DNA from: Tubulanus polymorphus
Taxonomy: Eukaryota; Animalia; Nemertea
DNA: 64,000 nucleotides
Direction of reading: 5' to 3'
Assembly (NCBI RefSeq): GCF_964204645.1
Contig: NC_134035.1
Location: 13,486,451-13,550,450 of the forward strand
Shown: piece by piece, positions 50,070 to 63,439 of the stretch
Layout of the letters: each line of letters begins with the position of its first letter
Numbering within the stretch: the stretch's first letter is position 1
Made by a program: the position numbers and the translations under genes
The notes under the pieces: model-generated
Seen by the model: the letters and a program-made list of their open reading frames with translations, nothing else
Told to the model about the DNA's origin: nothing
The model's database searches: none

Positions 50070-50660
50070 TAGTCTTTAGTCGCACAATGTATTGTCATGG
50101 CTGTGGCCTGTCCACCTGTCCACGTTAATAGCGACACTTAAGATGGCTAACTGGCAGCCAGATTTGATTGTTAAAACTATTATTTTAATTAATTATTATT
50201 CAGTCTAGTACTCAAAATTATTATTACCATAGAAAAGATGTAGGGTGCTAAGCGAAGCATTAGTTACATGCATGCTCAAGAAGGCTGACTGGCAGCCATA
50301 TTTAATTTTTTCACAACTATTTAGGGGTTTAGTTTGAATAAGTTAGGGTTAGAGTGCTATGGTAATGATTGATATTCATTTTGAAAATGAAGTCTGAATC
50401 AAGATGGCTTACTGGCAGCCATGTTTACACATATTGTTAACTAATCATTTTCAAGGAAAAGGTCTAAGGTCTAAGAGTGGTTGAAATCACACTAAACTAA
50501 ACTACCTGTGGCCATATTGGTTGCAAAGCTAACTGGTGACCATATCAGATTTCATTAATATGTTTTCGTTATGAAGATGGTTGACTGGTGGCTGAATTGG
50601 ATTTACCTTCTTTTTATTTTCACAATCAAGACGGCTGACTGGTAGCCGTATTGAATTTCA
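50070..50660. mobile_element. Degenerate non-autonomous element with AAGATGGCT.ACTGGCAGCCAT internal repeats
   Basis: About 6 dispersed copies of the motif after a GTCC-type microsatellite remnant (Helentron/HINE-like by recollection). Confidence 0.35.
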
Positions 50661-51315
50661 GTAATCTCCTGTGTCTCATATGCACTTGTTTTCTGCATGC
50701 AATTTTTTTCTATCGCTCTTCTCTACTACCTGCAGCTTTCTCATTCAATAAATATCAATGTATATATCAACATCATTGGGAGGTGCACCTGGCCTTATAT
50801 ACCGCGCGGTAAAAACCACTCTTTCTGTGATTGTGTAGTACCAGTAATTGATGATCATCGAGTGAGTGATTGGCCTGGCCCAGTTATTCTGAAATCACTT
50901 GGGCTTTAATTATTATAGGTAAATAGTGATGAAAACTAGAAATTTAGATATTTCATCAAATTGATCGACGCATCAATCGATCTATCTGTACTAACACTAA
51001 TTGTAAATTTGTAAAAAGTTGTTGGTTTTTATTTGTATATTTGATATTTTTTAAATATTTTTTTCTTGATTTTAATTTCTACTCGTAAATATACTTTTTA
51101 TGTATGTATTAAACTTGGAAACTTGGATTTTGAATATTATCTTAAAACCTTGTAATTTTCTTAACTACACAATACACAATATCTAAACATCAATTCAAGC
51201 TATTTTAGCCCAGATTTAGGCCACATTTTCATAAAATAAAATTGCGTTATTTGATATAATCACAAGAAGAATTCGTTCAATCTTGGCTTTATACTTTTAC
51301 CAGTGTTTTTAAAGT

Positions 51316-51741
51316 TGTCCTGAGGTACGACGTTAAACTGCCTCTCTCTCTCTCTCTTTCTCTCTCTTTGTCCTGAGGTACGACGTTAAACTGCCTCTCT
51401 ATCTCTATCTCTCTCTCTCCCTCTCCCTCCCCCTCCCCCTCCCCCTCCCCCTCTCCATCTCCCTCCCCCTCTCCCTCCCCCTCTCCCTCCCCCTCTCCCT
51501 CCCCTCCTCCTTCCCCTCCTCCTTCCCCTTCCCCATCCCCTCCCCTCCCTCTTTCCTCTCTCTCCCCTCTCCTCTCTTTCCTCCCTCTCTCCTCTCTTTC
51601 CTCTCCTCTCCTCTCTCCTCTCTCTCTTTTCTCTCTCTCTCCTCTCTTTCCTCTCCCTCTCCTCTCTCTCTCTCCTGTGGTGGTGGCGGTGGTGGTGGTG
51701 GTGGCGGTGGTGGTGATGGTGGTGGTGGTGGCGGTGGTGGT

Positions 51742-51803
<62 letters not shown>

Positions 51804-51840
51804 CGGCGGCGACGGCGACGGCGATGGTGATGATGATGTG
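51316..51840. repeat. Compound simple repeat: CT/CCCT-rich tract, then (GGT)n(GGC)n
   Basis: Polypyrimidine tract about 51340-51675 interleaved at its start with 2 x TTGTCCTGAGGTACGACGTTAAACTGCC; triplet repeats 51677-51840. Confidence 0.93.
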
Positions 51841-51844
51841 TAAG

Positions 51845-52265
51845 TCTTCTAAGACTGCTTGTGGGATAGGTCTAAGTGTTAGACTTCTAAGACTGCTTGT
51901 AGGATAGGTCTAAGTGTTAGACTTCTAAGACTGCTTGTGGGATAGGTCTAAGTGTGAGACTACTAAGACTGCTTGTGGGATAGGTCTAAGTGTTAGACTT
52001 CTAAGACTGCTTGTAGGATAGGTCTAAGTGTAAGACTTCTAAGACTGCTTGCGGGATAGGTCTAAGTGTAAGACTTCTAAGACTGCTTGTAGGATAGGTC
52101 TAAGTGTAAGACTTCTAAGACTGCTTGCGGGATAGGTCTAAGTGTAAGACTTCTAAGACTGCTTGTAGGATAGGTCTGAGTGTAAGACTTCTAAGACTGC
52201 TTGTAGGATAGGTACAAATCTTGGGACTTCTTATGGGATAGGTCTAAGTGTAAGACTTCTAAGAC
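51845..52265. repeat. 38-bp minisatellite (AGACTTCTAAGACTGCTTGTAGGATAGGTCTAAGTGTT)
   Basis: About 11 copies. Confidence 0.92.
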
Positions 52266-53029
52266 ATAGTGTTGTAATACATGGTGTTGTGTGCTATGTA
52301 GATTGCTATTAAGTTCAGCTATCTTAAAACATTGATATGTATACTGAAACATTGATACGTTGGTGATTTGGCTGCTTGTTCTACCTCCCCTTCCTAGGGG
52401 GATGTCAGTTTTCAATAACTATGATACTGGCTTGTTGATGTGACCTTCTTCACTCTTTGATGTTCAAAATACGTATAAAATAATGATAGATATAGAATTA
52501 TGATAATAATAGGTTAAATAATAATAGGCATGAAATGATAATAAGGTATAGAATAATAATAAGCATAGTAAAATAATTATAATATGTTTCTCCTTCTTGA
52601 TTATTGCTGTATGGTAGTTGCATCTACATCAAATTCACTGAATGATGCTGATAGCTGCTGTGAAGTTCAGCCATCTTGAAACATTGATACATGTACTGAA
52701 ACATTGATACATGTACTGAAACATTGATATATGTACTGAAACATTGATACATGTACTGAAACATTGATCCACATACTGATTTGGTGGTACGTTCTACCTC
52801 CTCTCCTCTGCTTTTAGGCGTAATATGAAAAATGTCAGTCAACTATGATACTGGCTAGTTGATGTGACCTTCTTTACACTTTTGATACATATATCAAATG
52901 AATAATAGGTATGAAATAATAAGGTATACTTAAAAGAATTATGAATTTTCTCCTCCTCCACCTCATGTAGGGATAATGTAGAGTTTTGGGATCTCCTATC
53001 TACTCGTTCTTAAAATTTCAAGTAAAACA

Positions 53030-54405
53030 GACTCAAAACACTGATTGCTACATCTTTAAATATGACTGGTTTCTACGGCATATGAATTTCCAATGCACAT
53101 CATCATTGACGTTAATTGTCTTTGACTTAAAACACTGATTGCTGCCTGTTCCAAATGCTGTTGATTACTGCTGTAATGAATTTCCAATTCGCTTTATCAT
53201 TGACGTCAATTGTCTTTGACTCAAAACACTGATTGCTGCCTGTTCCAAATGCTGTTGATTACTGCTGTAATGAATTTCCAATTCGCTTTATCATTGACGT
53301 CAATTGTCTGTGACTCAAAACACTGATTGCTGCCTTTTCCAAATGCTGTTGATTGCTGCTGTAATGAATTTCCAATTCGCATTATCATTGATGTCAATTG
53401 TCAGTGACTCAAAACACTGATTGCTGCCTGTTCCAAATACTGCTGATTGCTGATGTAATGAATTTCTGGGTTGCTTTATCATTGATGTTAATTGTCAGTG
53501 ATTCAAAACACTGATTGCTGCCTTTTCCAAATGCTGTTGATTACTGCTGTAATGAATTTCCAATTCGCTTTATCATTGACGTCAATTGTCTGTGACTCAA
53601 AACACTGATTGCTGCCTTTTCCAAATGCTGTTGATTGCTGCTGTAATGAATTTCCAATTCGCATTATCATTGATGTCAATTGTCAGTGACTCAAAACACT
53701 GATTGCTGCCTGTTCCAAATACTGCTGATTGCTGATGTAATGAATTTCTGGGTTGCTTTATCATTGATGTTAATTGTCAGTGATTCAAAACACTGATTGC
53801 TGCCTTTTCCAAATACTGTTGATTGCTGCTGTAATGAATTTCTGGGTTGCTTTATCATTGATGTTAATTGTCAGTGATTCAAAACACTGATTGCTGCCTT
53901 TTCCAAATGCTGTTGATTACTGCTGTAATGAATTTCCAATTCGCTTTATCATTGACGTCAATTGTCTGTGATTCAAAACACTGATTGCTGCCTTTTCCAA
54001 ATGCTGTTGATTGCTGCTGTAATGAATTTCCAATTCACATCATCATTGATGTTAATTGTCAGTGACTCAAAACACTGATTGCTGCCTTTTCCAAATACTG
54101 TTGATTGCTGCTGTAATGAATTTCCAATTCACATCATCATTGATGTTAATTGTCAGTGACTCAAAACACTGATTGCTGCCTGTTCCAAATACTGTTGATT
54201 GCTGATGTAATGAATTTCTGGGTTGCTTTATCATTGATGTTAATTGTCAGGGATTCAAAACACTGATTGCTGCCTTTTCCAAATACTGTTGATTGCTGCT
54301 GTAATGAATTTCTGGGTTGCTTTATCATTGATGTTAATTGTCAGTGATTCAAAACACTGATTGCTGCCTTTTCCAAATACTGTTGATTGCTGCTGTAATG
54401 AATTT
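53030..54405. repeat. 94-bp satellite
   Basis: CAAAACACTGATTGCTGCC recurs every 94 bp, about 14 copies. Confidence 0.93.
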
Positions 54406-57400
54406 CTTCAACTGTCATGTAGAAATGTGACAAACAAACTGAATTGTCAGTGTGTTACATCACTGATGACCTCCTTTAATACTGCTGTTTTCTGGTGGTG
54501 TAAATTGATACACTCTGTTTTGGGGTGATATTGAGTTCAGGAGTCTCCTCCTTCCTGCTTCAACTGTCATGTAGAAACGTGACAAACAAACTGAATTGTC
54601 AGTGTGTTACAACACTGATGACCTCCTTTAATACTGCTGCTTGCTGCTGGCTCGGTTTTGGGGTGATATTGAGATCAGGAGTCTCCTCCTTCCTGCTTCA
54701 ACTGTCATGTAGAAACGTGACAAACAAACTGAATTGTCAGTGTGTTACATCACTGATGACCTCCTTTAATACTGCTGCTTGGTGCTGGGTGTTAATTAAT
54801 ACACTCGTTTTGGGGTGATATTGAGTGCAGGAGTCTCCTCCTTCCTTCTTCAACTGTCATGTAGAAACGTGACAAACAAACTGAATTGTCAGTGTGTTAC
54901 ATCACTGATGACCTCCTTTAATACTGCTGCTTGCTGCTGGGTGTTAATTAATACACTCGTTTTGGGGTGATATTGAGTGCAGGAGTCTCCTCCTTCCTTC
55001 TTCAACTGTCATGTAGAAATGTGACAAACAAACTGAATTGTCAGTGTGTTACATCACTGATGGGCTCCTTTAATCCTGCTGCTTGCTGCTGGGTGTTAAT
55101 TGATACACTCTGTTTTGGGGTGATATTGAGTTCAGGAGTCTCCTCCTTCCTTCTTCAACTGTCATGTAGAAACGTGACAAACAAACTGAATTGTCAGTGC
55201 GTTACATCACTGATGACCTCCTTGAATACTGCTGTTTTCTGGTGGTGTTAATTGATACACTCTGTTTTGGGGTGATATTTAAAATATATATAAAAATTAT
55301 TACATTAAACATTTTAACAACATGAATCATCCTCCTTAAATACTGCTGCTTGCTGCTGGCTCTGTTTTGGGGTGATATTGAGTTCAGGAGTCTCCTTCCT
55401 GCTTCAATTGTCATGTAGAAACGTGACAAACAAACTGAATTGTCAGTGTGTTACATCACTGATGACCTCCTTTAATACTGCTGCTTGCTGCTGGGTGTTA
55501 ATTGATACACTCTGTTTTGGGGTGATATCGAGTGCAGGAGTCTCCTCCTTCCTTCTTCAACTGTCATGTAGAAACGTGACAAACAAACTGAATTGTCAGT
55601 GCGTTACATCACTGATGACCTCCTTGAAAACTGCTGTTTTCTGGTGGTGTTAATTGATACACTCTGTTTTGGGGTGATATTTAAAATATATATAAAAATT
55701 ATTACATTAAACATTATAACAACATGAATCATCCTCCTTAAATACTGCTGCTTGCTGCTGGCTCTGTTTTGGGGTGATATTGAGTTCAGGAGTCTCCTCC
55801 TTCCTGCTTCAACTGTCATGTAGAAACGTGACAAACAAACTGAATTGTCAGTGTGTTACAACACTGATGACCTCCTTTAATACTGCTGCTTGCTGCTGGC
55901 TCGGTTTTGGGGTGATATTGAGATCAGGAGTCTCCTCCTTCCTTCTTCAACTGTCATGTAGAAACGTGACAAACAAACTGAATTGTCAGTGTGTTACATC
56001 ACTGATGACCTCCTTTAATACTGCTGTTTGCTGGTGGTGTTAATTGATACACTCTGTTTTGGGGTGATATTGATCGCAGGAGTCTCCTCCTTCCTTCTTC
56101 AACTGTCATGTAGAAATGTGACAAACAAACTGAATTGTCAGTGTGTTACATCACTGATGACCTCCTTTAATACTGCTGCTTGCTGCTGGGTGTTAATTGA
56201 TACATTCTGTTTTGGGGTGATATCTAAAATATATATAAAAATTATTACATTAAACATTATAACAACATGAATCATTCTCCTTAAATACTGCTGCTTGCTG
56301 CTGGCTCTGTTTTGGGGTGATATTGAGTTCAGGAGTCTCCTCCTTCCTGCTTCAACTGTCATGTAGAAACGTGACAAACAAACTGAATTGTCAGTGCGTT
56401 ACATCACTGATGACCTCCTTGAATACTGCTGTTTTCTGGTGGTGTTAATTGATACACTCTGTTTTGGGGTGATATTTAAAATATATATAAAAATTATTAC
56501 ATTAAACATTATAACAACATGAATCATCCTCCTTAAATACTGCTGCTTGCTGCTGGCTCTGTTTTGGGGTGATATTGAGTTCAGGAGTCTCCTCCTTCCT
56601 GCTTCAACTGTCATGTAGAAACGTGACAAACAAACTGAATTGTCAGTGTGTTACAACACTGATGACCTCCTTTAATACTGCTGCTTGCTGCTGGCTCGGT
56701 TTTGGGGTGATAGTGAGTTCAGGAGTCTCCTCCTTCCTTCTTCAACTGTCATGTAGAAACGTGACAAACAAACTGAATTGTCAGTGTGTTACATCACTGA
56801 TGACCTTCTTTAATACTGCTGTTTTCTGGTGGTGTTAATTGATACACTCTGTTTTGGGGTGATATTTAAAATATATAAAAAAATTATTACATTAAACATT
56901 ATAACATCATGAATCATCCTCCTTTAATACTGCTGCTTGCTGCTGGCTCTGTTTTGGGGTGATATTGAGATCAGGAGTCTTCTCCTTCCTGCTTCAACTG
57001 TCATGTAGAAACGTGACAAGCAAACTGAATTGTCAGTGTGTTACATCACTGATGGGCTCCTTTAATACTGCTGCTTGCTGCTGGCTCGGTTTTGGGGTGA
57101 TAGTGAGTTCAGGAGTCTCCTCCTTCCTTCTTCAACTGTCATGTAGAAACGTGACAAACAAACTGAATTGTCAGTGTGTTACAACACTGATGACCTCCTT
57201 TAATACTGCTGCTTGCTGCTGGGTGTTAATTGATACACTCTGTTTTGGGGTGATATTTAAAATATATAAAAAAATTATTACATTAAACATTATAACATCA
57301 TGAATCATCCTCCTTAAATACTGCTGCTTGCTGCTGGCTCGGTTTTGGGGTGATATTGAGTTCAGGAGTCTCCTCCTTCCTTCTTCGACTGTCATGTAGA

Positions 57401-60400
57401 AACGTGACAAACAAACTGAATTGTCAGTGTGTTACATCACTGATGACCTCCTTGAATACTGCTGTTTTCTGGTGGTGTTAATTGGTACACTCTGTTTTGG
57501 GGTGATATTTAAAATATATATAAAAATTATTACATTAAACATTATAACAACATGAATCATCCTCCTTTAATACTGCTGCTTGCTGCTGGCTCTGTTTTGG
57601 GGTGATATTGAGATCAGGAGTCTTCTCCTTCCTGCTTCAACTGTCATGTCGAAACGTGACAAACAAACTGAATTGTCAGTGTGTTACATCACTGATGACC
57701 TCCTTTAATACTGCTGCTTGCTGCTGGCTCTGTTTTGGGGTGATATTGAGATCAGGAGTCTCCTCCTTCCTGCTTCAACTGTCATGTAGAAACGTGACAA
57801 ACAAACTGAATTGTCAGTGTGTTACATCACTGATGACCTCCTTTAATACTGCTGCTTGCTGCTGGCTCGGTTTTGGGGTGATATTGAGATCAGGAGTCTC
57901 CTCCTTCCTTCTTCAACTGTCATGTAGAAACGTGACAAACAAACTGAATTGTCAGTGTGTTACATCACTGATGGGCTCCTTTAATACTGCTGCTTGCTGC
58001 TGGGTGTTAATTGATACACTCTGTTTTGGGGTGATATATTGAGTTTTGGTGAGTTTTGCTTCCTGATCTCCCTTATTGCGACTTAACGTTTTGAATGAAT
58101 GAATATTCAAAGCAGCTATCCATCGATAGCTTTGTGGTGGTTGTATCATTGAAATGTCGCTGGTGTTGGTACATTGTATATATTGTAATATATGTTGGTG
58201 AATTGGGATTGATTCTTATGTTTTCTGATCATCCTTATCGTGACTTTACGTTTTAAATGTATAAATATTCAAAGCAGCTATCCATCGATAGCTTTGTGGT
58301 GGTTGAATCATTGAAATGTCGCTGGTGTTGGTACATTGTATATATTGTAATATATGTCGGTTAGTTGGGATTGATTCTTATGTTTTCTGATCATCCTTAT
58401 CGTGACTTTACGTTTCAAATGTATAAATATTCAAAGCAGCTATCCATCGATAGCTTTGTGGTGGTTGAATCATTGAAATGTCGCTGGTGTTGGTACTGTG
58501 TATATGGTATCAGCAAATTGTTATCATCACATTTTAAAAGTGTTATATTCAAAGATGCTATTGCTTGATAGCTTCACTCTTGTTCTTTGCACCTGAAGGT
58601 TGATAATTGTCATGTAGAAACGTGACAAACGAACTGAATTGTCAGTTTGTTACATCACTGATGACCTCCTTTAATACTGCTGCTTGCTGCTGGGTGTTAA
58701 TTGATACACTCTGTTTTGGGGTGATATTGAGTTCAGGAGTCTCCTCCTTCCTTCTTCAACTGTCATGTAGAAACATGACAAACAAACTGAATTGTCAGTG
58801 TGTTACATCACTGATGACCTCCTTGAATACTGCTGTTTTCTGGTGGTGTTAATTGATACACTCACTGTTTTAGGGTGATATTTAGAATATATATATAAAA
58901 TTATTACATTAAACATTATAACAACATGAATCATCCTCCTTAAATACTGCTGCTTGCTGCTGGCTCTGTTTTGGGGTTATATTGAGATCAGGAGTCTCCT
59001 CCTTCCTGCTTCAACTGTCATGTAGAAACGTGACAAGCAAACTGAATTGTCAGTGTGTTACAACACTGATGACCTCCTTTAATACTGCTGCTTGCTGCTG
59101 GGTGTTAATTAATACACTCTGTTTTGGGGTTATATTGAGATCAGGAGTCTCCTCCTTCCTGCTTCAACTGTCATGTAGAAACGTGACAAACAAACTGAAT
59201 TGTCAGTGTGTTACAACACTGATGACCTCCTTTAATACTGCTGCTTGCTGCTGGGTGTTAATTAATACACTCTGTTTTGGGGTTATATTGAGATCAGGAG
59301 TCTCCTCCTTCCTGCTTCAACTGTCATGTAGAAACGTGACAAACAAACTGAATTGTCAGTGTGTTACAACACTGATGACCTCCTTTAATACTGCTGCTTG
59401 CTGCTGGGTGTTAATTAATACACTGTTTTGGGGTTATATTGAGATCAGGAGTCTCCTCCTTCCTGCTTCAACTGTCATGTAGAAACGTGACAAACAAACT
59501 GAATTGTCAGTGTGTTACAACACTGATGACCTCCTTACATACTGCTGCTTGCTGCTGGCTCTGTTTTGGGGTGATATTGAGTTCAGGAGTCTCCTCCTTC
59601 CTGCTTCAACTGTCATGTAGAAACGTGACAAACAAACTGAATTGTCAGTGTGTTACAACACTGATGACCTCCTTTAATACTGCTGCTTGCTGCTGGCTCG
59701 GTTTTGGGGTGATATTGAGTTCAGGAGTCTCCTCCTTCCTGCTTCAACTGTCATGTAGAAACGTGACAAGCAAACTGAATTGTCAGTGTGTTACATCACT
59801 GATGGGCTCCTTTAATACTGCTGCTTGCTGCTGGGTGTTAATTGATACACTCTGTTTTGGGGTGATATTTAAAATATATAAAAAAATTATTACATTAAAC
59901 ATTATAACATCATGAATCATCCTCCTTAAATACTGCTGCTTGCTACTGGCTCGGTTTTGGGGTGATATTGAGTTCAGGAGTCTCCTCCTTCCTTCTTCGA
60001 CTGTCATGTAGAAACGTGACAAACAAACTGAATTGTCAGTGTGTTACATCACTGATGACCTCCTTGAATACTGCTGTTTTCTGGTGGTGTTAATTGGTAC
60101 ACTCTGTTTTGGGGTGATATTTAAAATATGTATATAAAAATTATTACATTAAACATTATAACAACATGAATCATCCTCCTTTAATACTGCTGCTTGCTGC
60201 TGGCTCTGTTTTGGGGTGATATTGAGATCAGGAGTCTTCTCCTTCCTGCTTCAACTGTCATGTCGAAACGTGACAAACAAACTGAATTGTCAGTGTGTTA
60301 CATCACTGATGACCTCCTTTAATACTGCTGCTTGCTGCTGGCTCTGTTTTGGGGTTATATTGAGATCAGGAGTCTCCTCCTTCCTGCTTCAACTGTCATG

Positions 60401-62640
60401 TAGAAACGTGACAAACAAACTGAATTGTCAGTGTGTTACATCACTGATGACCTCCTTTAATACTGCTGCTTGCTGCTGGCTCGGTTTTGGGGTGATATTG
60501 AGATCAGGAGTCTCCTCCTTCCTTCTTCAACTGTCATGTAGAAACGTGACAAACAAACTGAATTGTCAGTGTGTTACATCACTGATGGGCTCCTTTAATA
60601 CTGCTGCTTGCTGCTGGGTGTTAATTGATACACTCTGTTTTGGGGTGATATATTGAGTTTTGGTGAGTTTTGCTTCCTGATCTCCCTTATTGCGACTTAA
60701 CGTTTTGAATGAATGAATATTCAAAGCAGCTATCCATCGATAGCTTTGTGGTGGTTGAATCATTGAAATGTCGCTGGTGTTGGTACATTGTATATATTGT
60801 AATATATGTCGGTTAATTGGGATTGATTCTTATGTTTTCTGATCATCCTTATCGTGACTTTACGTTTTAAATGTATAAATATTCAAAGCAGCTATCCATC
60901 GATAGCTTTGTGGTGGTTGTATCATTGAAATGTCGCTGGTGTTGGTTCTGTGTATAAATTGTAATATATGTTGGTGAATTGGGATTGATTCTTATGTTTT
61001 CTGATCGTCCTTATTGCGACTTTACATTTTAAATGTATAAATATTCAAAGTAGCTATCCATCGATAGCTTTGTGGTGGTTGAATCTTTGAAATGTCGCTG
61101 GTGTTGGTACATTGTATATATTGTAATATATGTCGGTTAGTTGGGATTGATTCTTATGTTTTCTGATCATCCTTATCGCGACTTTACGTTTTAAATGTAT
61201 AAATATTCAAAGTAGCTATCCATCGATAGCTTTGTGGTGGTTGTATCATTGAAATGTCGCTGGTGTTGGTACATTGTATATATTGTAATATATGTCGGTT
61301 AGTTGGGATTGATTCTTATGTTTTCTGATCATCCTTATCGCGACTTTACGTTTTAAATGTATAAATATTCAAAGTAGCTATCCATCGATAGCTTTGTGGT
61401 GGTTGAATCTTTGAAATATCGCTGGTGTTGGTACATTGTATATATTGTAATATATGTCGGTTAGTTGGGATTGATTCTTATGTTTTCTGATCATCCTTAT
61501 CGCGACTTTACGTTTTAAATGTATAAATATTCAAAGTAGCTATCCATCGATAGCTTTGTGGTGGTTGTATCATTGAAATGTCGCTGGTGTTGGTACATTG
61601 TATATATTGTAATATATGTCGGTTAGTTGGGATTGATTCTTATGTTTTCTGATCATCCTTATCGTGACTTTACGTTTCAAATGTATAAATATTCAAAACA
61701 GCTATCCATCGATAGCTTTGTGGTGGTTGTATCTTTGAAATGTCGCTGGTGTTGGTACATTGTATATATTGTAATATATGTCGGTTAGTTGGGATTGATT
61801 CTTATGTTTTCTGATCATCCTTATCGTGACTTTACGTTTTAAATGTATAAATATTCAAAGCAGCTATCCATCGATAGCTTTGTGGTGGTTGTATCATTGA
61901 AATGTCGCTGGTGTTGGTACTGTGTATATGGTATCAGCAAATTGTTATCATCACATTTTAAAAGTGTTATATTCAAAGATGCTATTGCTTGATAGCTTCA
62001 CTCTTGTTCTTTGCACCTGAAGGTTGATAATTGTCATGTAGAAACGTGACAAACGAACTGAATTGTCAGTTTGTTACATCACTGATGACCTCCTTTAATC
62101 CTGCTGCTTGCTGCTGGGTGTTAATTGATACACTCTGTTTTGGGGTGATATTGAGTTCAGGAGTCTCCTCCTTCCTTCTTCAACTGTCATGTAGAAACAT
62201 GACAAACAAACTGAATTGTCAGTGTGTTACATCACTGATGATCCCCTTTAGTACTGTTGCTTGGTGCTGGTTGTAAATTGATACGCTCTGGGGTGATTTC
62301 GATGCATTCTCCTTCCTTCTTCATCTGTCATGTAGAAACGTGACAAACAAACTGAATTGTCAGTGTGTTACATCACTGATGGCCTCCTTTAATACTGCTG
62401 CTTGCTGCTGGGTGTTAATTAATACACTCTGTTTTGGGGTGATATTGAGTTCAGGAGTCTCCTCCTTCCTTCTTCAACTGTCATGTAGAAACATGACAAA
62501 CAAACTGAATTGTCAGTGTGTTACATCACTGATGGCCTCCTTGAATACTGCTGCTTGCTGCTGGGTGTTAATTGATACACTCTGTTTTGGGGTGATATAT
62601 TGAGTTTTGGTGAGTTTTGCTGCCTGATCTCCCTTGTAGC
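54406..62640. repeat. Composite satellite: 138/~150-bp units, ~100-bp A-rich spacer unit and 163-bp unit blocks
   Basis: CTTCAACTGTCATGTAGAAACGTGACAAAC... period 138-153; 163-bp unit (AGCTATCCATCGATAGCT) blocks at about 58040-58600 and 60655-62030; 2.6-kb internal duplication. Confidence 0.95.
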
Positions 62641-63439
62641 GACTTTACGTAAAAAGAATAAAAGGTATAAAAGAATAATAGGTTTAAAAGAATGATGTGA
62701 AATAATTAAAGTTTCCTATAAACTTTACATGTCAATGAAGAAACAGATGGGAAATACTGTTACATGTTAATTTCTACATTCTGTTCTAATTAAGGGTGAT
62801 GATTAAAACTTGAATTAGTCATTACTTGTTCAGTAGATTTGTTAGATAGGAATCAGCTAAACTGGGTCAGTGTGTTTTATCAATGCTGATAAACTCTAAA
62901 CCTGAGTTAATAAAACTTCAGAACATTGGAGCCAATTCTTATCCATTATAGCCTATTAAATGAAGATCGATCATCATAAACACCGGTGAAAACAATTGAC
63001 GTCTCACTTTGCACCTGAAGTCTCACTTCGCACTGATGCATCCATGCACTAATGCACTTGCATGAAATGGCACTAAATACATAAAGACACACAAATTGTG
63101 TTTATGTATATTTCAGGGGATACACATGCACACCCGCGGGTCCATGCGCATGATCGACATGTAGAGTGCTATCTTTGTTTGTGTGTGGATATAATTTGTG
63201 ATAATGTTTCAGTGTTTGTCATTGAAAAGCATTAATTCTACAAACAATCTTAAATACTCATTTTGTAAACAAAAACATAAAAGGTTAATGATTAATTGTA
63301 AAATGGTAAAAATGAAATGTGAAAATATCTATGTCTGAAATAATGTACTGAAGATTAAGTCGCAGTGGTTATAGAAAGATTAGAGGGTCAGATCAGCTAG
63401 ATCAGATGTACTGAGTTATCTCACTCAAAGTCAGAAACA

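Noticed and set aside
54460-54585. CTGATGA...GAAAC in the 138-bp satellite as a hammerhead
   Set aside because: About 95-105 nt apart, no stem II closing pair, and GAAAC is followed by GTG rather than a cleavable NUH in register.
54525-62603. Many Cys-rich ORFs (LQLSCRNVTNKLNCQC...)
   Set aside because: Translations of satellite units; frequent frameshifts, mostly non-ATG starts, no splice structure.
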